A stretch of DNA of 64,000 bases, taken from positions 1,472,001 to 1,536,000 of the forward strand of contig CBDFMQ010000002.1 of assembly GCA_965249725.1 (NCBI GenBank). Reading direction: 5' to 3'. How positions within the stretch are numbered: position 1 is the first letter of the stretch; each line of letters starts with the position of its first letter. The notes below the pieces were generated by a model. That model worked only from the letters and a program-made list of their open reading frames with translations. It made no database searches and was not told the DNA's origin. The DNA comes from Longimicrobiales bacterium (GTDB lineage: Bacteria > Gemmatimonadota > Gemmatimonadetes > Longimicrobiales > Gaopeijiaceae). Of the stretch, positions 40,356-50,607 are shown piece after piece. A program made the position numbers and the translations under genes.

Positions 40356-41084
40356 ATGCCCGAGATTATAGGGCACCGCGGTTACGCCGCGGCGGCCCCG
40401 GAGAACACGCTCGCCTCCCTCGAGGCGGCCCTCGCGGCCGGCGCGCGCGCGGTCGAGTTCGACCTGCACGTGGCCTCGTGCGGGACGCCTGTGTTGTTCC
40501 ACGACGTGAATCTCGGCCGTACCACCAACGGAGTGGGACCGGTGCGACGCCGGACGCTGGGCCAACTGCAGGCCATGGACGCCGGCAAGTGGTTCTCGCC
40601 CGAGTTCGCCGGAGAGAAGGTCCCTTCGCTGACCGAAGCCCTCGACGCACTCGGCGGGCGCGTCGACCGCATCTATCCAGAGGTAAAAGGGTTCCGAGAA
40701 CTCGAAGACCTGGACCGCATGGTGCGCCTGGTCCGTGAGTCCGGGCTCGGCGATATCACCACGTTCATCAGCCTGGACTGGAATATCCTCGACCGCATCC
40801 GCAGCCAGGACCCGGGCTTGGGCATCGGCTTCATCATCGACACGGCGGATCGGTTCGATGACGGGCTCGAACGGGCGACGAACGATTCGAATGCCATTCT
40901 CGATCTGAGTCACCTGCTCGCCCTCGAGGACCCGTCCACGGTTGGGCGGGCGAAGGACGCCGGGATCGACGTGGCGGTCTGGACCGTCAACGAGCCGGAA
41001 GAGGCCACCCGCCTCGCGGAAGCCGGAGTCACGCGCTTCACCACCGACCAGGTCGAGCGACTGCTCGCCTGGGCCGGCGCCTGA
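40356..41084 (+). CDS. Glycerophosphodiester phosphodiesterase
   Basis: IIGHRG..APENTL, VEFDLH, HD..LGRTTNG, VWTVNE, TTD. Confidence 0.93.
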   Translation: MPEIIGHRGYAAAAPENTLASLEAALAAGARAVEFDLHVASCGTPVLFHDVNLGRTTNGVGPVRRRTLGQLQAMDAGKWFSPEFAGEKVPSLTEALDALGGRVDRIYPEVKGFRELEDLDRMVRLVRESGLGDITTFISLDWNILDRIRSQDPGLGIGFIIDTADRFDDGLERATNDSNAILDLSHLLALEDPSTVGRAKDAGIDVAVWTVNEPEEATRLAEAGVTRFTTDQVERLLAWAGA

Positions 41085-41099
41085 CCGCGCGGACCTGAC

Positions 41100-42773
41100 A
41101 TGTCTCCTTCCTCGTTCACGGACTCCACTGGGCGACAGGAGGCCCTCGCGGGCTTGGGCCGTCAGCACTTCGATCTCCTCATCATCGGCGGCGGTATCAC
41201 CGGCTGTGGAATCGCTCGTGACGCCGCTCTCCGAGGCTGGACCGTTGCGCTCGTAGAGAAGGAGGACTTCGGATTCGGCACCTCCAGTCGCTCATCGAAG
41301 ATCGTCCACGGCGGCGTCCGATACCTCGAGTACGGGCACTTCCTCCTGGTGAGGGAGTCGGCTCAGGAACGTGAGGTGTTGCGGAAGATCGCCCCCCATC
41401 TGGTGCACCCCCTGGCATTCATGTACCCGGTCTTCGAGGGCGAAAGCGTCATGAAGATCAGGGCCGGACTGACCGTGTTCGATTTCCTGGCGAGCAACGA
41501 AGCTGAGGACAGGCACTCGAACCTCTCTCCCGAGGAAGTCCGCGAACAGCTTCCGGGACTCCGCGAGAAGCTCAAGGGGGGCGTTCGTTATCTCGAGTAC
41601 ATCACCGACGACGCCCGCCTGACGCTGGAGAACGCCCAGTCGGCGGCCGAGCACGGGGCGCTGGTTGTCAATCATGCCCGGGCAGACCAGTTGAGGATGG
41701 AGGAGGGTCGAGTGACGGGCTGTCGGGTTACGGACATGCTCGACGGCACCTCCGTGGAGGTGACGGCTCGGGTAGTCGTGAATGCCACGGGGGTCTGGTG
41801 CGACGAGGTCTTGGCAGGGGAATCGATCGAGACGGAGTACCCCCTCATCCCCAGCAAGGGCATCCACATTCTGCTGCGGGCCGAGCGACTCCCCATAACG
41901 GGAGCGACGTTTCTGCGTGCCACCAACGGGAAGCGCGGGCTCGCGATGCGGCGGTTGGACTACGTGTACGTGGGGACGACGGACACCGAATACGACGGTC
42001 CGTTAGACCGGCCCCGGGCCACGAGAGCCGATGTCGATGAGGTTCTCGAGATGACCAAAGACTGCTTTCCCGATCAGAATCTCACGCACGACGACATACT
42101 GGCTACGTGGGCAGGGATTCGGCCCCTGATCTTCGAGGAGGGGAGGAGCACTCGGGATACATCTCGCGAAGATGCCGTGTGGCACTCCCCTCCAGGTCTG
42201 ATCAGCATCGCTGGGGGAAAGCTCACGACATACCGGACGATGGCGCACAGGATTCTCGCCATTGCCGACGCAGAGTTGCCCCCGGTTGCGGGCCTTCCAG
42301 GGCGCACCGCAGTGGTACCCCTGCCCGGGGCGGACGTGGGCCCCGATGGGATGGAGGCGTTCCGTGCAGACCGTGGTCGGACTCTCCTGGACATGGGTGT
42401 TCCCCAGACGACCGTCGATCGGCTCTGCTGGCTCTACGGCAAGCAGCTGGACGACTTCATCGCCCTCGCGGTCGAAGACGCGTCCTGGCTCGAACCACTG
42501 CATCCCGATGTCCCCGCCATCAGAGCCGAGGTTCGCAACGCCGTGACCCACGAGATGGCTCAGACGCTCACGGACTTCATGGACCGCCGAGCGGCCCTAC
42601 TTCTGTTCAGCAAGGACTTCGGACTCGCGGCCGCGGAACCGACAGCCCACATCATGGCCCACGAGCTAGGATGGAATACCGACCGCAGGACGCAGGAGCT
42701 GGAGGATTATCGTATTCTCGCCTCCGAACACGGACTTCCGACGGAGGGACCCGCCGAGGGACCCGCCGAGTGA
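41100..42773 (+). CDS. glpD: FAD-dependent glycerol-3-phosphate dehydrogenase
   Basis: IIGGGITGCGIARDAA.RG, GTSSRSSKIVHGGVRYLE, TDDARL, GGKLTTYR. Confidence 0.92.
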   Translation: MSPSSFTDSTGRQEALAGLGRQHFDLLIIGGGITGCGIARDAALRGWTVALVEKEDFGFGTSSRSSKIVHGGVRYLEYGHFLLVRESAQEREVLRKIAPHLVHPLAFMYPVFEGESVMKIRAGLTVFDFLASNEAEDRHSNLSPEEVREQLPGLREKLKGGVRYLEYITDDARLTLENAQSAAEHGALVVNHARADQLRMEEGRVTGCRVTDMLDGTSVEVTARVVVNATGVWCDEVLAGESIETEYPLIPSKGIHILLRAERLPITGATFLRATNGKRGLAMRRLDYVYVGTTDTEYDGPLDRPRATRADVDEVLEMTKDCFPDQNLTHDDILATWAGIRPLIFEEGRSTRDTSREDAVWHSPPGLISIAGGKLTTYRTMAHRILAIADAELPPVAGLPGRTAVVPLPGADVGPDGMEAFRADRGRTLLDMGVPQTTVDRLCWLYGKQLDDFIALAVEDASWLEPLHPDVPAIRAEVRNAVTHEMAQTLTDFMDRRAALLLFSKDFGLAAAEPTAHIMAHELGWNTDRRTQELEDYRILASEHGLPTEGPAEGPAE

Positions 42774-42779
42774 CCCGCC
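42744..42779. repeat. 12-bp tandem repeat GAGGGACCCGCC x3 across the glpD stop
   Basis: Third copy GAGTGACCCGCC contains the TGA stop. Confidence 0.9.
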
Positions 42780-42807
42780 GAGGGCACTGAAAATCCAGGA
42801 AGACCGC

Positions 42808-44583
42808 TCAGGCGGTCTTGGTTTCTCGATGAAGCGGCAGCACGAAGGTGAACCGGCTCCCCTCCCCAACTTCGGTATCGACCCGGACCTGGGTGCCGTG
42901 GGCCGCGAGAATCCCCTCCACGATCGCGAGACCGAGGCCGGCGCCGCCACCCGCCGAACGGTGGCCCTTCCAGAAGCGGTCGAAGAGGTGCTGGCGCATT
43001 TCGGGGTCGATGCCCGGCCCGGTATCGCTCACCGCGACCAGCACCCCTCCATCGGCGGATGAGGCCGTGACGGTCACCTGTCCGCCTTCCAGTGTGAACT
43101 TGAGGGCGTTGCCGATGAGGTTGGACATCACCTGGAGAATCCGGCCACGATCCGCTGCCACATGAGGGAGTCGCGGCTCGATCTCGGCGCGCAGCCGAAT
43201 TCCGTGTTCATCGGCCCGCACCCGCGCCGACGCGACGGACTCTTGGAGCATCTCAACGGTGTCCACGGGTTTCGGCCAAACGGAGAGCCGGCCCGCCTCG
43301 ATCTGAGCCACATCCAACAGATCCTGGATGAGACGGTTGATTCGGTCTGCGGCCCGGTGGATGATCTCGAGGTGTTCACCCCTCGCCTCAGACGGCAGCG
43401 GTACGTCCGCGAGGAGTTCGGCCGCAGCCGAGATCGTGCCCACCGGATTCCTCAAGTCGTGTGAGACCACGGCAAGCACCTCGTCACGGGCCCGGACAGC
43501 CGCGCGCAGCGCCTCCTGTGCCGCACGCATCTCGGTCATGTCGGTGATCGTCAACACAACTCCCCTGACCTCCAGTCCATCCTTCATGGGACTCACGCTG
43601 AGCTGCACAGGGAAGGAGGACCCGTCCTTGCGCCAAACGACATCGTCCAGCACACGGATGGTGTCACCCGTCGCCAGCGAGGTCCGCACCGGACACTCAT
43701 CGGAGGGGTGGGGCGTGCCGTCGGGATGGGTATGGTGGATCAGCGGATGGAGCGACTGACCACGCAACTCCCTGGGGGAGTATCCCAGCAGTTCTGCGCC
43801 GGCCTCATTCAGGAAGGTGCAACGTCCCTCGAGATCGAGACCTACGAGCACGTCGCCCGTCCCCCCCAAAACCGCTCGGAGTCCGCGGCGAGCGGCCACG
43901 GTCTCCTGGCGTCGCCGTGTCTCGTTCCGCACCAACTCCTGCAGGCGGAACCCTACCATCCCCATGGCCAGCGCTCCCACGACCGCGAGCAAGATCGTGC
44001 CGATAGAGACCCAGAGCTGAATGAGAGCCTGGCGGTCCCACCTGACGGACGCGGACGCCGCGTCACGAATCAGCCGGTCCTCGAAGGCTCGTGTCTCGGC
44101 GCGCACCGCCTCGTAACGTGCGCGATCGTCCTCGAGTCTCTCTCCGAACTCCTCGGGACTGATGGCGATCACGCCACCCTCCATGAGGGGCGCGTGCAGT
44201 ACCTGCCAATCGCTGATGCGCATCTCGAGCTGAGTCAACTCCCTCAGGTACGAAAAGGAGGAGGGCATCTCTCCGATCACCTGCTCGAGCTCATCCAGCC
44301 GAGAGGATTCCCTTTCCAGATCCTCCCGGTAGAGCTGCAAGAAGACCGTATCGCCGGAGGCGACGAACTGCTCCACTCGCATCATCTGATTCGAGTGGGA
44401 CAGGGCGATCTCGGGAATGAGCGGTCGCGCCTCTGAGAAGACGTCGATATCGCGCTCGAGGTCGGCCTGTTGCCGCTCGAGGAACCATGGGATCAGGGCG
44501 AGGGACAACAACGCCACGAAGGACACCCCCAAGGAGAGTATCCACCCCGACCTACCGACCCGCGGCTCACCGCTAGAAGACAT
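42808..44583 (-). CDS. Membrane PAS-domain sensor histidine kinase
   Basis: Two TMs around a helical periplasmic region, PAS (RKDGSSFPV), VSHDLRNP, NLIGNALKF, GAGLGLAI. Confidence 0.92.
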   Translation of the reverse strand: MSSSGEPRVGRSGWILSLGVSFVALLSLALIPWFLERQQADLERDIDVFSEARPLIPEIALSHSNQMMRVEQFVASGDTVFLQLYREDLERESSRLDELEQVIGEMPSSFSYLRELTQLEMRISDWQVLHAPLMEGGVIAISPEEFGERLEDDRARYEAVRAETRAFEDRLIRDAASASVRWDRQALIQLWVSIGTILLAVVGALAMGMVGFRLQELVRNETRRRQETVAARRGLRAVLGGTGDVLVGLDLEGRCTFLNEAGAELLGYSPRELRGQSLHPLIHHTHPDGTPHPSDECPVRTSLATGDTIRVLDDVVWRKDGSSFPVQLSVSPMKDGLEVRGVVLTITDMTEMRAAQEALRAAVRARDEVLAVVSHDLRNPVGTISAAAELLADVPLPSEARGEHLEIIHRAADRINRLIQDLLDVAQIEAGRLSVWPKPVDTVEMLQESVASARVRADEHGIRLRAEIEPRLPHVAADRGRILQVMSNLIGNALKFTLEGGQVTVTASSADGGVLVAVSDTGPGIDPEMRQHLFDRFWKGHRSAGGGAGLGLAIVEGILAAHGTQVRVDTEVGEGSRFTFVLPLHRETKTA

Positions 44584-44645
44584 CGACCCCCTTCTGCCGT
44601 AGCGACCTGGTGCCCAGGCACACGCTTCGGCCTATCCTTCGACTC

Positions 44646-45719
44646 ATGGAGCACATCCTCTTCACCGGGTTCCCGGGATTCCTGGGAAGCCAGTTGCTGT
44701 TTCGACTACTGACCCGGCACGCCCAGGCCCAGGCCCACTGCCTCGTCCAACCCGCTTTCACCCCGCTGGCCAGACGTACTCTGCAAGAACTCGGCCCTGA
44801 CATCTCTGAGCGGGTCGAACTGATCGAGGGAGACATCACCCGCCCTGGTCTCGGGCTCAACTCGACGAAATGGCTCAACTCGGTGGATCACGCGTTCCAT
44901 CTGGCCGCGATCTACGATCTCGACACGTCACGGAGGCGGGCCCTGTCGGTCAATCTGGAGGGCACACGCAACCTGCTGGCTCTCCTGGACGAGTGCTCGA
45001 ACCTAAGACGCTTGCACTACGTGAGCACGTGTTATGTGAGTGGCAGGCACCCTGATGTGTTCCATGAGGTGGATCTGGACGTCGGCCAGTCCTTCAACAA
45101 CGTGTACGAGGAGACCAAGTTCCTGGCGGAGGGCGCAGTGCGTGACTGGAGCGCCAACGGCGGCCCCGTTACCGTGTACCGGCCCGCCTCGGTCGTCGGG
45201 GATTCGGATACGGGAGCGACCCAAAAATACGACGGCTCCTACTTCGTCTTGAAGCTGATCCTGAAGCAAGGCAGAACGGCGGTCATCCCCCTCCTGGGTG
45301 GCGGCGAGGCGCGGGTCAACTTCGTCCCGCGAGACTTCGTCACGAGTGCCATCGACTTTCTTTCGAGCCGGTCCTCGACTCTCGGGCACACCTTTCACCT
45401 GGCGGACCCGGACCCCTACACCGCAAACGAAGTCATCGACCTCATGGGGCGCATCACCGGCCGGCGCATCCTGCGGGCACGACTCCCCCACGCCTTGGCG
45501 GATTGGGCGACCCAGCGGGTACCCGCGGTCCGGCGTTGGACCGGCATCCCCGCAGGTGCCTTGGGCTACTTCACACACCCCACGCTCTATGCCACTGATG
45601 CCACCGAACGGGCGTTGGAAGGGAGTGGGCTACGGGTGCCGCGATTCGACTGTTATCTCCCGCGGCTGGCGGACTTCGTGGAAGCCCACCCGGAGATCGG
45701 GTCCGACCCCATGGCCTAG
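44646..45719 (+). CDS. Extended SDR / thioester-reductase-like NAD-binding protein
   Basis: FTGFPGFLG, HLAAIYD, YVSTCYVSG, YEETKFLAE, YRPASVVGDS. Confidence 0.88.
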   Translation: MEHILFTGFPGFLGSQLLFRLLTRHAQAQAHCLVQPAFTPLARRTLQELGPDISERVELIEGDITRPGLGLNSTKWLNSVDHAFHLAAIYDLDTSRRRALSVNLEGTRNLLALLDECSNLRRLHYVSTCYVSGRHPDVFHEVDLDVGQSFNNVYEETKFLAEGAVRDWSANGGPVTVYRPASVVGDSDTGATQKYDGSYFVLKLILKQGRTAVIPLLGGGEARVNFVPRDFVTSAIDFLSSRSSTLGHTFHLADPDPYTANEVIDLMGRITGRRILRARLPHALADWATQRVPAVRRWTGIPAGALGYFTHPTLYATDATERALEGSGLRVPRFDCYLPRLADFVEAHPEIGSDPMA

Positions 45720-46264
45720 GTCAGAAGGGCGCGCTCAACCAGGTCTGCAAGGCGCTCCGATAGATCCGGAGCATTCAGGTCCATCACCGGAATCGGGAGC
45801 TCGAGGTCGACCGCGTCCGTGACCAGGGCCAGAAAGTGCTCGGCTCCTTCTCCGTCGGCTCGGTACACCGGTTCGGAGTGTGCTTCGGGGCGGTGGACTT
45901 CGATCTTGGGGATGGCGGCCTTCTTGTAGCCCTCCACGACGACGATCTCGGCGTCGGAGACGAATCGCCGCACGACCTCGTCGAGCGGCGGCTCCCCCTC
46001 GGGGCCCCACTCTCCCATCACCACGCACTCATCCGGGCCGACGAGAACGACGCGACAGGCGTGACCCTCATTGCGCAGCCGCCAGGAGTCGGTGCCGGGC
46101 GTATCGATATCGAACCCATGCCCATGTTTGACGACCATGACCCTTCGTCCGCGTCGCTCCAACGCCCCGACGAGCCCCACCGCCACCGACGTCTTGCCAC
46201 TGTCCTTGAACCCGATGACGCTCACCACGGGCGGAGTAGCCTCCTCTGACGGGTGCAGGCTCAT
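45716..46264 (-). CDS. mobB: Molybdopterin-guanine dinucleotide biosynthesis protein B
   Basis: GFKDSGKT, VKHGHGFDIDTPGTDSWR, VEGYK..IPKIEV. Confidence 0.92.
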   Translation of the reverse strand: MSLHPSEEATPPVVSVIGFKDSGKTSVAVGLVGALERRGRRVMVVKHGHGFDIDTPGTDSWRLRNEGHACRVVLVGPDECVVMGEWGPEGEPPLDEVVRRFVSDAEIVVVEGYKKAAIPKIEVHRPEAHSEPVYRADGEGAEHFLALVTDAVDLELPIPVMDLNAPDLSERLADLVERALLT

Positions 46265-46890
46265 CGGGTGCCCCCGGGTGTCGCCGCGATCAACTCCGTC
46301 GCCCGCGCCGCATCCGCCTCGGTGTTGACGTTCAAGAATACGGTCGCCGGGTCCGCCACATCAGAGATCCGCTCCTCACTCACAACATCTGCGTCCACGG
46401 CCTTGAGCAGCCCGTGCAGAGAGCGATCGTCGGAGCGGATCCTGCGCTCGATCTCCGAAAGACAGGCGGACCGGTAGAGCGCACAGAGGGGCTGGAGGCC
46501 GTCGGTACTCTCCGGAGCCACAGCGAGCGCCGCAGATTCGTGGTTCATCACCAATCGGATCAGGTCCGCGGTAACCAAGGGCATATCGCACCCGAGAAGG
46601 AAGACCGCGGTTTCGCCTCGCTCCTCCACCCACTCCAGGGCCGTCCACAGACCACCGATAGGTCCAAGGCCAGTCTCGATATCGGGACGTATAGGGATAC
46701 CCAGGGCCCTGCCGATGTCCTCGTCGGACGTGACTACGCCCACGGTCAGACCCGCGTTTCGAAGGGCGTTCACACTCCGACCCGCCAAGGATACGCCACC
46801 CACCTCGGCCAAGGCCTTGGAATGACCGAACCGGCGACTCGCACCGCCGGCAAGGACGACTCCGAAGACGCGCTCCACAGCCCCACTCAC
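46261..46890 (-). CDS. mobA: Molybdenum cofactor guanylyltransferase
   Basis: VLAGGASRRFG.SKA, GPIGGL, CDMP, QPLCALY, NVNT. Confidence 0.92.
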   Translation of the reverse strand: MSGAVERVFGVVLAGGASRRFGHSKALAEVGGVSLAGRSVNALRNAGLTVGVVTSDEDIGRALGIPIRPDIETGLGPIGGLWTALEWVEERGETAVFLLGCDMPLVTADLIRLVMNHESAALAVAPESTDGLQPLCALYRSACLSEIERRIRSDDRSLHGLLKAVDADVVSEERISDVADPATVFLNVNTEADAARATELIAATPGGTR

Positions 46891-47735
46891 TCCGCAACAC
46901 GCTCCGGGCCGGCGTAGATGTTGAATCCCTCGGCCCGAGTGAATCCGAGGAGCGTCATGTTGAAGGTGTGGGCAAGCTCCACCGCCAGACTGGAGGGAGC
47001 GCCAACGGCGGTCACGATAGGAATGCCGGCCGCCACGGCCTTCTGCATGATCTCGAAGGAAGCTCGGCCCGAGACGGCGAGGATGGTCCGTCCGAGCGGC
47101 AGCTCCCCAGCGAGAAAGGCCTCGCCCACGACCTTGTCGACGGCATTGTGTCGCCCCACGTCCTCCTTGAGAGACAGGAGCTGCCCCGTCTCGTCGAACC
47201 GCCCCGCAGCGTGAATCCCACCGGTACGATCGAAGAGTCCTTGCTCGGCCCGCAGGATCCCCGGAAGGCCCGTGAGCACCTCCGCTGGCACCTTCAACCC
47301 TTCGTCGGGCAATGGCTCACAGCCACCGATTTCCACCGCCTCGAGAGACGCCTTGCCACACACTCCGCAACTCGAGGTCATATAGAAATTTCTGGAGAGA
47401 GATTCGGGATCGAACGGCGTCTCGGGACGTAACCTCACCTGTACGATGTTGTACGTCTGAGGCTCGTCCCCTTGGCAGTAGTTGATCTCCGATACCTGGT
47501 CTCGGTGCTGCAGAATCCCCTCTCCCGAGAGAAATCCGGCGGCCAACTCGAAATCGCTCCCGGGAGTCCGCATCGTCACGGAGATCGCCGACATATGTCG
47601 GGCCCCGTCTCGCGTATGTTCGATCCGAATCTCGAGCGGCTCCTCGACGGCGACCACGTCCTTGCGATCCAGAAGGCGGCCGTCGACGTGCCGTCGGATG
47701 CGGACGTTGGAGAGGCCTTTGCCCGGCGAAATCAC
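46887..47735 (-). CDS. fdhD: Formate dehydrogenase accessory sulfurtransferase
   Basis: VEEPLEI, TMRTPG.D.ELAAGFL, SSCGVCGK, EDVGRHNAVDK, APSSLA. Confidence 0.95.
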   Translation of the reverse strand: MISPGKGLSNVRIRRHVDGRLLDRKDVVAVEEPLEIRIEHTRDGARHMSAISVTMRTPGSDFELAAGFLSGEGILQHRDQVSEINYCQGDEPQTYNIVQVRLRPETPFDPESLSRNFYMTSSCGVCGKASLEAVEIGGCEPLPDEGLKVPAEVLTGLPGILRAEQGLFDRTGGIHAAGRFDETGQLLSLKEDVGRHNAVDKVVGEAFLAGELPLGRTILAVSGRASFEIMQKAVAAGIPIVTAVGAPSSLAVELAHTFNMTLLGFTRAEGFNIYAGPERVAE

Positions 47736-47739
47736 GTGG

Positions 47740-48234
47740 TCAGACCCCCGCGAGCGCCATGAGGATCTGTGCGGGAAGCCACCCCAACCAAGCCGTCAAG
47801 AGAGCCTTGCCCGTGCCGAAGTCGAGAGCCTGGCGAATCGCCACGATGCCCGTCACGAGCATCCAGATGCCCACGACGCCCCTCACTGCGAAGCCTAGGG
47901 GTAGAATCGCGAGCACGAGTAGGATGCCAGGCGCCTGGGCAAAACCCAGAGTACGGAGCAGCTCGCCCCAGGTGGCGGTCCCTCCGAAGATCTTGTCTCC
48001 GACCACGTAGGTGACGCCCGCCCAGATCACCCACGCGAGGAGCGCGGCCAACGGTCCGATGATGAGGCCTCGACTAGGCCCACCGATCCCTGCTACGGCC
48101 TGCGCTACGGCGACCATGGCCACGACTCCGGCCGCTTGCGCCGTCAGGCTCTCGTCGGCCTCGACCTCTTCGTAGACCTCCACGTCGAGCATCGCGGCGC
48201 CGAGCATCCGGTCCATCATCGTGCGTTCAGACAT
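47740..48234 (-). CDS. YIP1-like membrane protein
   Basis: YEEVEAD, LLRTLGFAQAPG, AIRQALD; about five TMs. Confidence 0.75.
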   Translation of the reverse strand: MSERTMMDRMLGAAMLDVEVYEEVEADESLTAQAAGVVAMVAVAQAVAGIGGPSRGLIIGPLAALLAWVIWAGVTYVVGDKIFGGTATWGELLRTLGFAQAPGILLVLAILPLGFAVRGVVGIWMLVTGIVAIRQALDFGTGKALLTAWLGWLPAQILMALAGV

Positions 48235-48277
48235 GATCAGTGGCCTCCGGTCAGATTGGGCTGCCCATGAAGATAGA

Positions 48278-49102
48278 TCATGGCCCGTCCGAAGCGGAGG
48301 GAACGAACGCCACGATACGCAGTGGCCCGCCGCTTCCGCCCTCGATTTTCATGGGTAGAGCAACGACAAAGGCGCCCGTCTCGGGAACACTGCCCAGATT
48401 GGCGACGTTCTCGAAGCCGGGCGTATTGGACGAGTAGAGAATCACGTGGGTCTCAAAGCCCGTGGACTGCCCGTAGTCGATGCTCGGCGTGTCGATCCCC
48501 ACCGCGGCGACCGCACGCTGCTCGACGATCCACCGGGCCGCCTCGGGATGAATGCCGGGAAAGTGCAACTCGGGCACGGCATCGGGGCCCGTCCGATCGG
48601 TGCCCAAATAGGCCAGGCGGTCCGGCCAGCGCTCGCCCCAGCCGGTCCTGAACAGCAGGATCGAGCCGTCGGGAATGCGGCCATGTTCGACCTCCCATGA
48701 CTCGAGATCCGCGGCGGAGATCAGGTAGTCCGGAGTCGCCTGGTCCGACACGTCCACGACGACCGCCGGTGCGATCAGGCGGTCCAGAGGAATCTCGTCG
48801 GCCTTCATGCCACCACGGAAGAAGTGGAAGGGCGCATCCAGATGGGTGCCACCATGCTCGGCGGTCGATACCCCGTAGGAGCTGTAGAAATAACCCGCCT
48901 CGGTCTCACCGTAGGCCAGCTCGTCCAACTGGAAGCCACCCGCCGTCGGCCAATAGATGGTCTCGTCCGAGTAGGCATAGCTCAGGTCGATCCAGCTTCC
49001 ACCGGAGCCATCGAAGACCGCCGAGTAATCCACCTGTCCGGCGGGTGCCTGACATCCCATGACCACCGCCAAGCCCGCGACGCACGCCAGTGAACCACGC
49101 AT
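48278..49102 (-). CDS. Cyclase family (kynurenine formamidase-like) metal hydrolase, lipoprotein
   Basis: EHGGTHLDAPFH, GIDTPSID, ENVANL, LPMKIEGGSGGP.R; lipobox VMGC. Confidence 0.9.
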   Translation of the reverse strand: MRGSLACVAGLAVVMGCQAPAGQVDYSAVFDGSGGSWIDLSYAYSDETIYWPTAGGFQLDELAYGETEAGYFYSSYGVSTAEHGGTHLDAPFHFFRGGMKADEIPLDRLIAPAVVVDVSDQATPDYLISAADLESWEVEHGRIPDGSILLFRTGWGERWPDRLAYLGTDRTGPDAVPELHFPGIHPEAARWIVEQRAVAAVGIDTPSIDYGQSTGFETHVILYSSNTPGFENVANLGSVPETGAFVVALPMKIEGGSGGPLRIVAFVPSASDGP

Positions 49103-49213
49103 GACTGTCTCCTTTTGATCACCCTTTGATCACCCATTGATCTCCTAGGGAAGTACTAGACTCCCCCGTCTGACGATGGGGCGCAATCCCACATCCAGCC
49201 CCCTGGAACGAGA

Positions 49214-49246
49214 AGCGCCTCGCCGGATCCGGTCCGGCGAGGCGCT
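49214..49246 (-). terminator. Hairpin/terminator after the small membrane gene
   Basis: 14-bp perfect stem AGCGCCTCGCCGGA / TCCGGCGAGGCGCT. Confidence 0.6.
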
Positions 49247-49271
49247 CTTCTCATCGAGATCGGTCCCCGCG

Positions 49272-49550
49272 TCAGTCCTCCAGCAGCGGCTTCTTCGCAT
49301 CCGAAGCGCCCAGCGACACTCCGGTGCCCACACCCGCGCCGAACGCCACTGCGGTTCCGACCCCGACGAGCGGTAGCACGGCGACGATGGGAGACGCCAC
49401 GATCGTCGCGGCGACACCTGCCGCGAGGCCGATGCCCGGCTTCTCCACCACGCTCGTGAACCGCAACTTCCGACCCACGAACTTCCGGGACTTCATATGT
49501 CCGACGATCCCCACGGCCGCAGCCACGCCCAAGCCGATCAACTCAAACAT
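49272..49550 (-). CDS. Small hydrophobic hypothetical protein
   Basis: ATG with AGGA RBS, Gly/Ala-rich TMs, followed by hairpin. Confidence 0.7.
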   Translation of the reverse strand: MFELIGLGVAAAVGIVGHMKSRKFVGRKLRFTSVVEKPGIGLAAGVAATIVASPIVAVLPLVGVGTAVAFGAGVGTGVSLGASDAKKPLLED

Positions 49551-49788
49551 CTTGCATCCTTGCCTTAGAGTCCTGTGGGCTCCTGTCCCACATCACTCCT
49601 ACCCCTACGGCCCCCCGTCGAGGTCCGTTTCGACGGTGCCTGCCGGCGCCTCCATTCGCACGGGACGGGTCGGTGTCGCCAAAGATCCGCTTTGCCAATC
49701 AAGGAGCGCAAACGAACCGTGGCCGGCTCGGACCTGGCCGAAGGCAGACCGGTGCGCGAACTTCCCCCTCCCCGGCAATCGACGGCCC

Positions 49789-50073
49789 TCATTTCTTCCA
49801 GGAGGCGTGCCGTTCGGGTCCCACCTCTTCTCGGAGGTCATCGGAATTGGCGACGATCTGTTGGACCTGTTGAACTAGTCTCCTCGTCCTCAGAACACGA
49901 CCGACGACACGGTTGGCGAGGGCGATCAATCCCATGCTACCGACGACCAAACCGACGAGATTGTTGAACGCAAACAACAACAGGACAGCGACGATCAACC
50001 ACCGCCACCGAGCCGCTACCCAATCCACCAGGATTTCCTGCCAGTCTCGTGATTCCTCACCTGACATCGTCAT
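49789..50073 (-). CDS. Small membrane hypothetical protein
   Basis: Two TM-like segments; GGAG upstream. Confidence 0.55.
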   Translation of the reverse strand: MTMSGEESRDWQEILVDWVAARWRWLIVAVLLLFAFNNLVGLVVGSMGLIALANRVVGRVLRTRRLVQQVQQIVANSDDLREEVGPERHASWKK

Positions 50074-50435
50074 GATCTTGGGCTCACTCCCTCATGACAG
50101 GCGACGCGATTCCACTCCGCACGACTATGCCGATCTCCGGCTTCGGATGCAATCGGGATGCGATCGAGAAAGGAGGCGAGGTAACTAGGTCCGTGCGAGA
50201 GAGCCTCATGGTCGCCTCCTTGGATCAGTGTTAAGGACTATCTGCATGGAGGTGAGAGTCTGAAGCTCACCCTGCGGCAAGGCCCCCGGCCTCCAACCGG
50301 GGACCGGGAGTACCTGTCGCTTCGAGGCCTTGTCGACTACCGCTTCTTCTTCGCCTGGGACCACGGACGCACCCGACACCGGACTTCCCTCGTCGTCAGT
50401 CGAACCCGACCGCATCGAACCGTCACACCGCCTAG

Positions 50436-50477
50436 TGGGCGGTGGCAGCTTCGAACTGCCGACCTCCTGGGTGTAAA
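50436..50477 (-). tRNA. 3' half of tRNA-Val(UAC); probable att site, not a functional tRNA
   Basis: Minus strand TTTACAC-CCAGG-AGGTC-GGCAG-TTCGAAG-CTGCC-ACCGCCC-A gives anticodon loop TAC, T arm and acceptor 3' strand. No 5' acceptor strand or D arm upstream. Confidence 0.85.
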
Positions 50478-50607
50478 GAATGCTACGGACCGGTGGTGGA
50501 TTCGGCCAGAAACCGCGTAATCCCTTGTGGTACCTCAGCAAGAGCCTTCCGACACAACCGAATCCAACCGCTCAAAGCACGCAAGATCACCGTTCTTGAC
50601 CGCCTCG

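Noticed and set aside
50436..50510. Intact tRNA-Val gene
   Set aside because: No 5' acceptor strand, D arm or 5' anticodon stem can be formed upstream of the anticodon loop.
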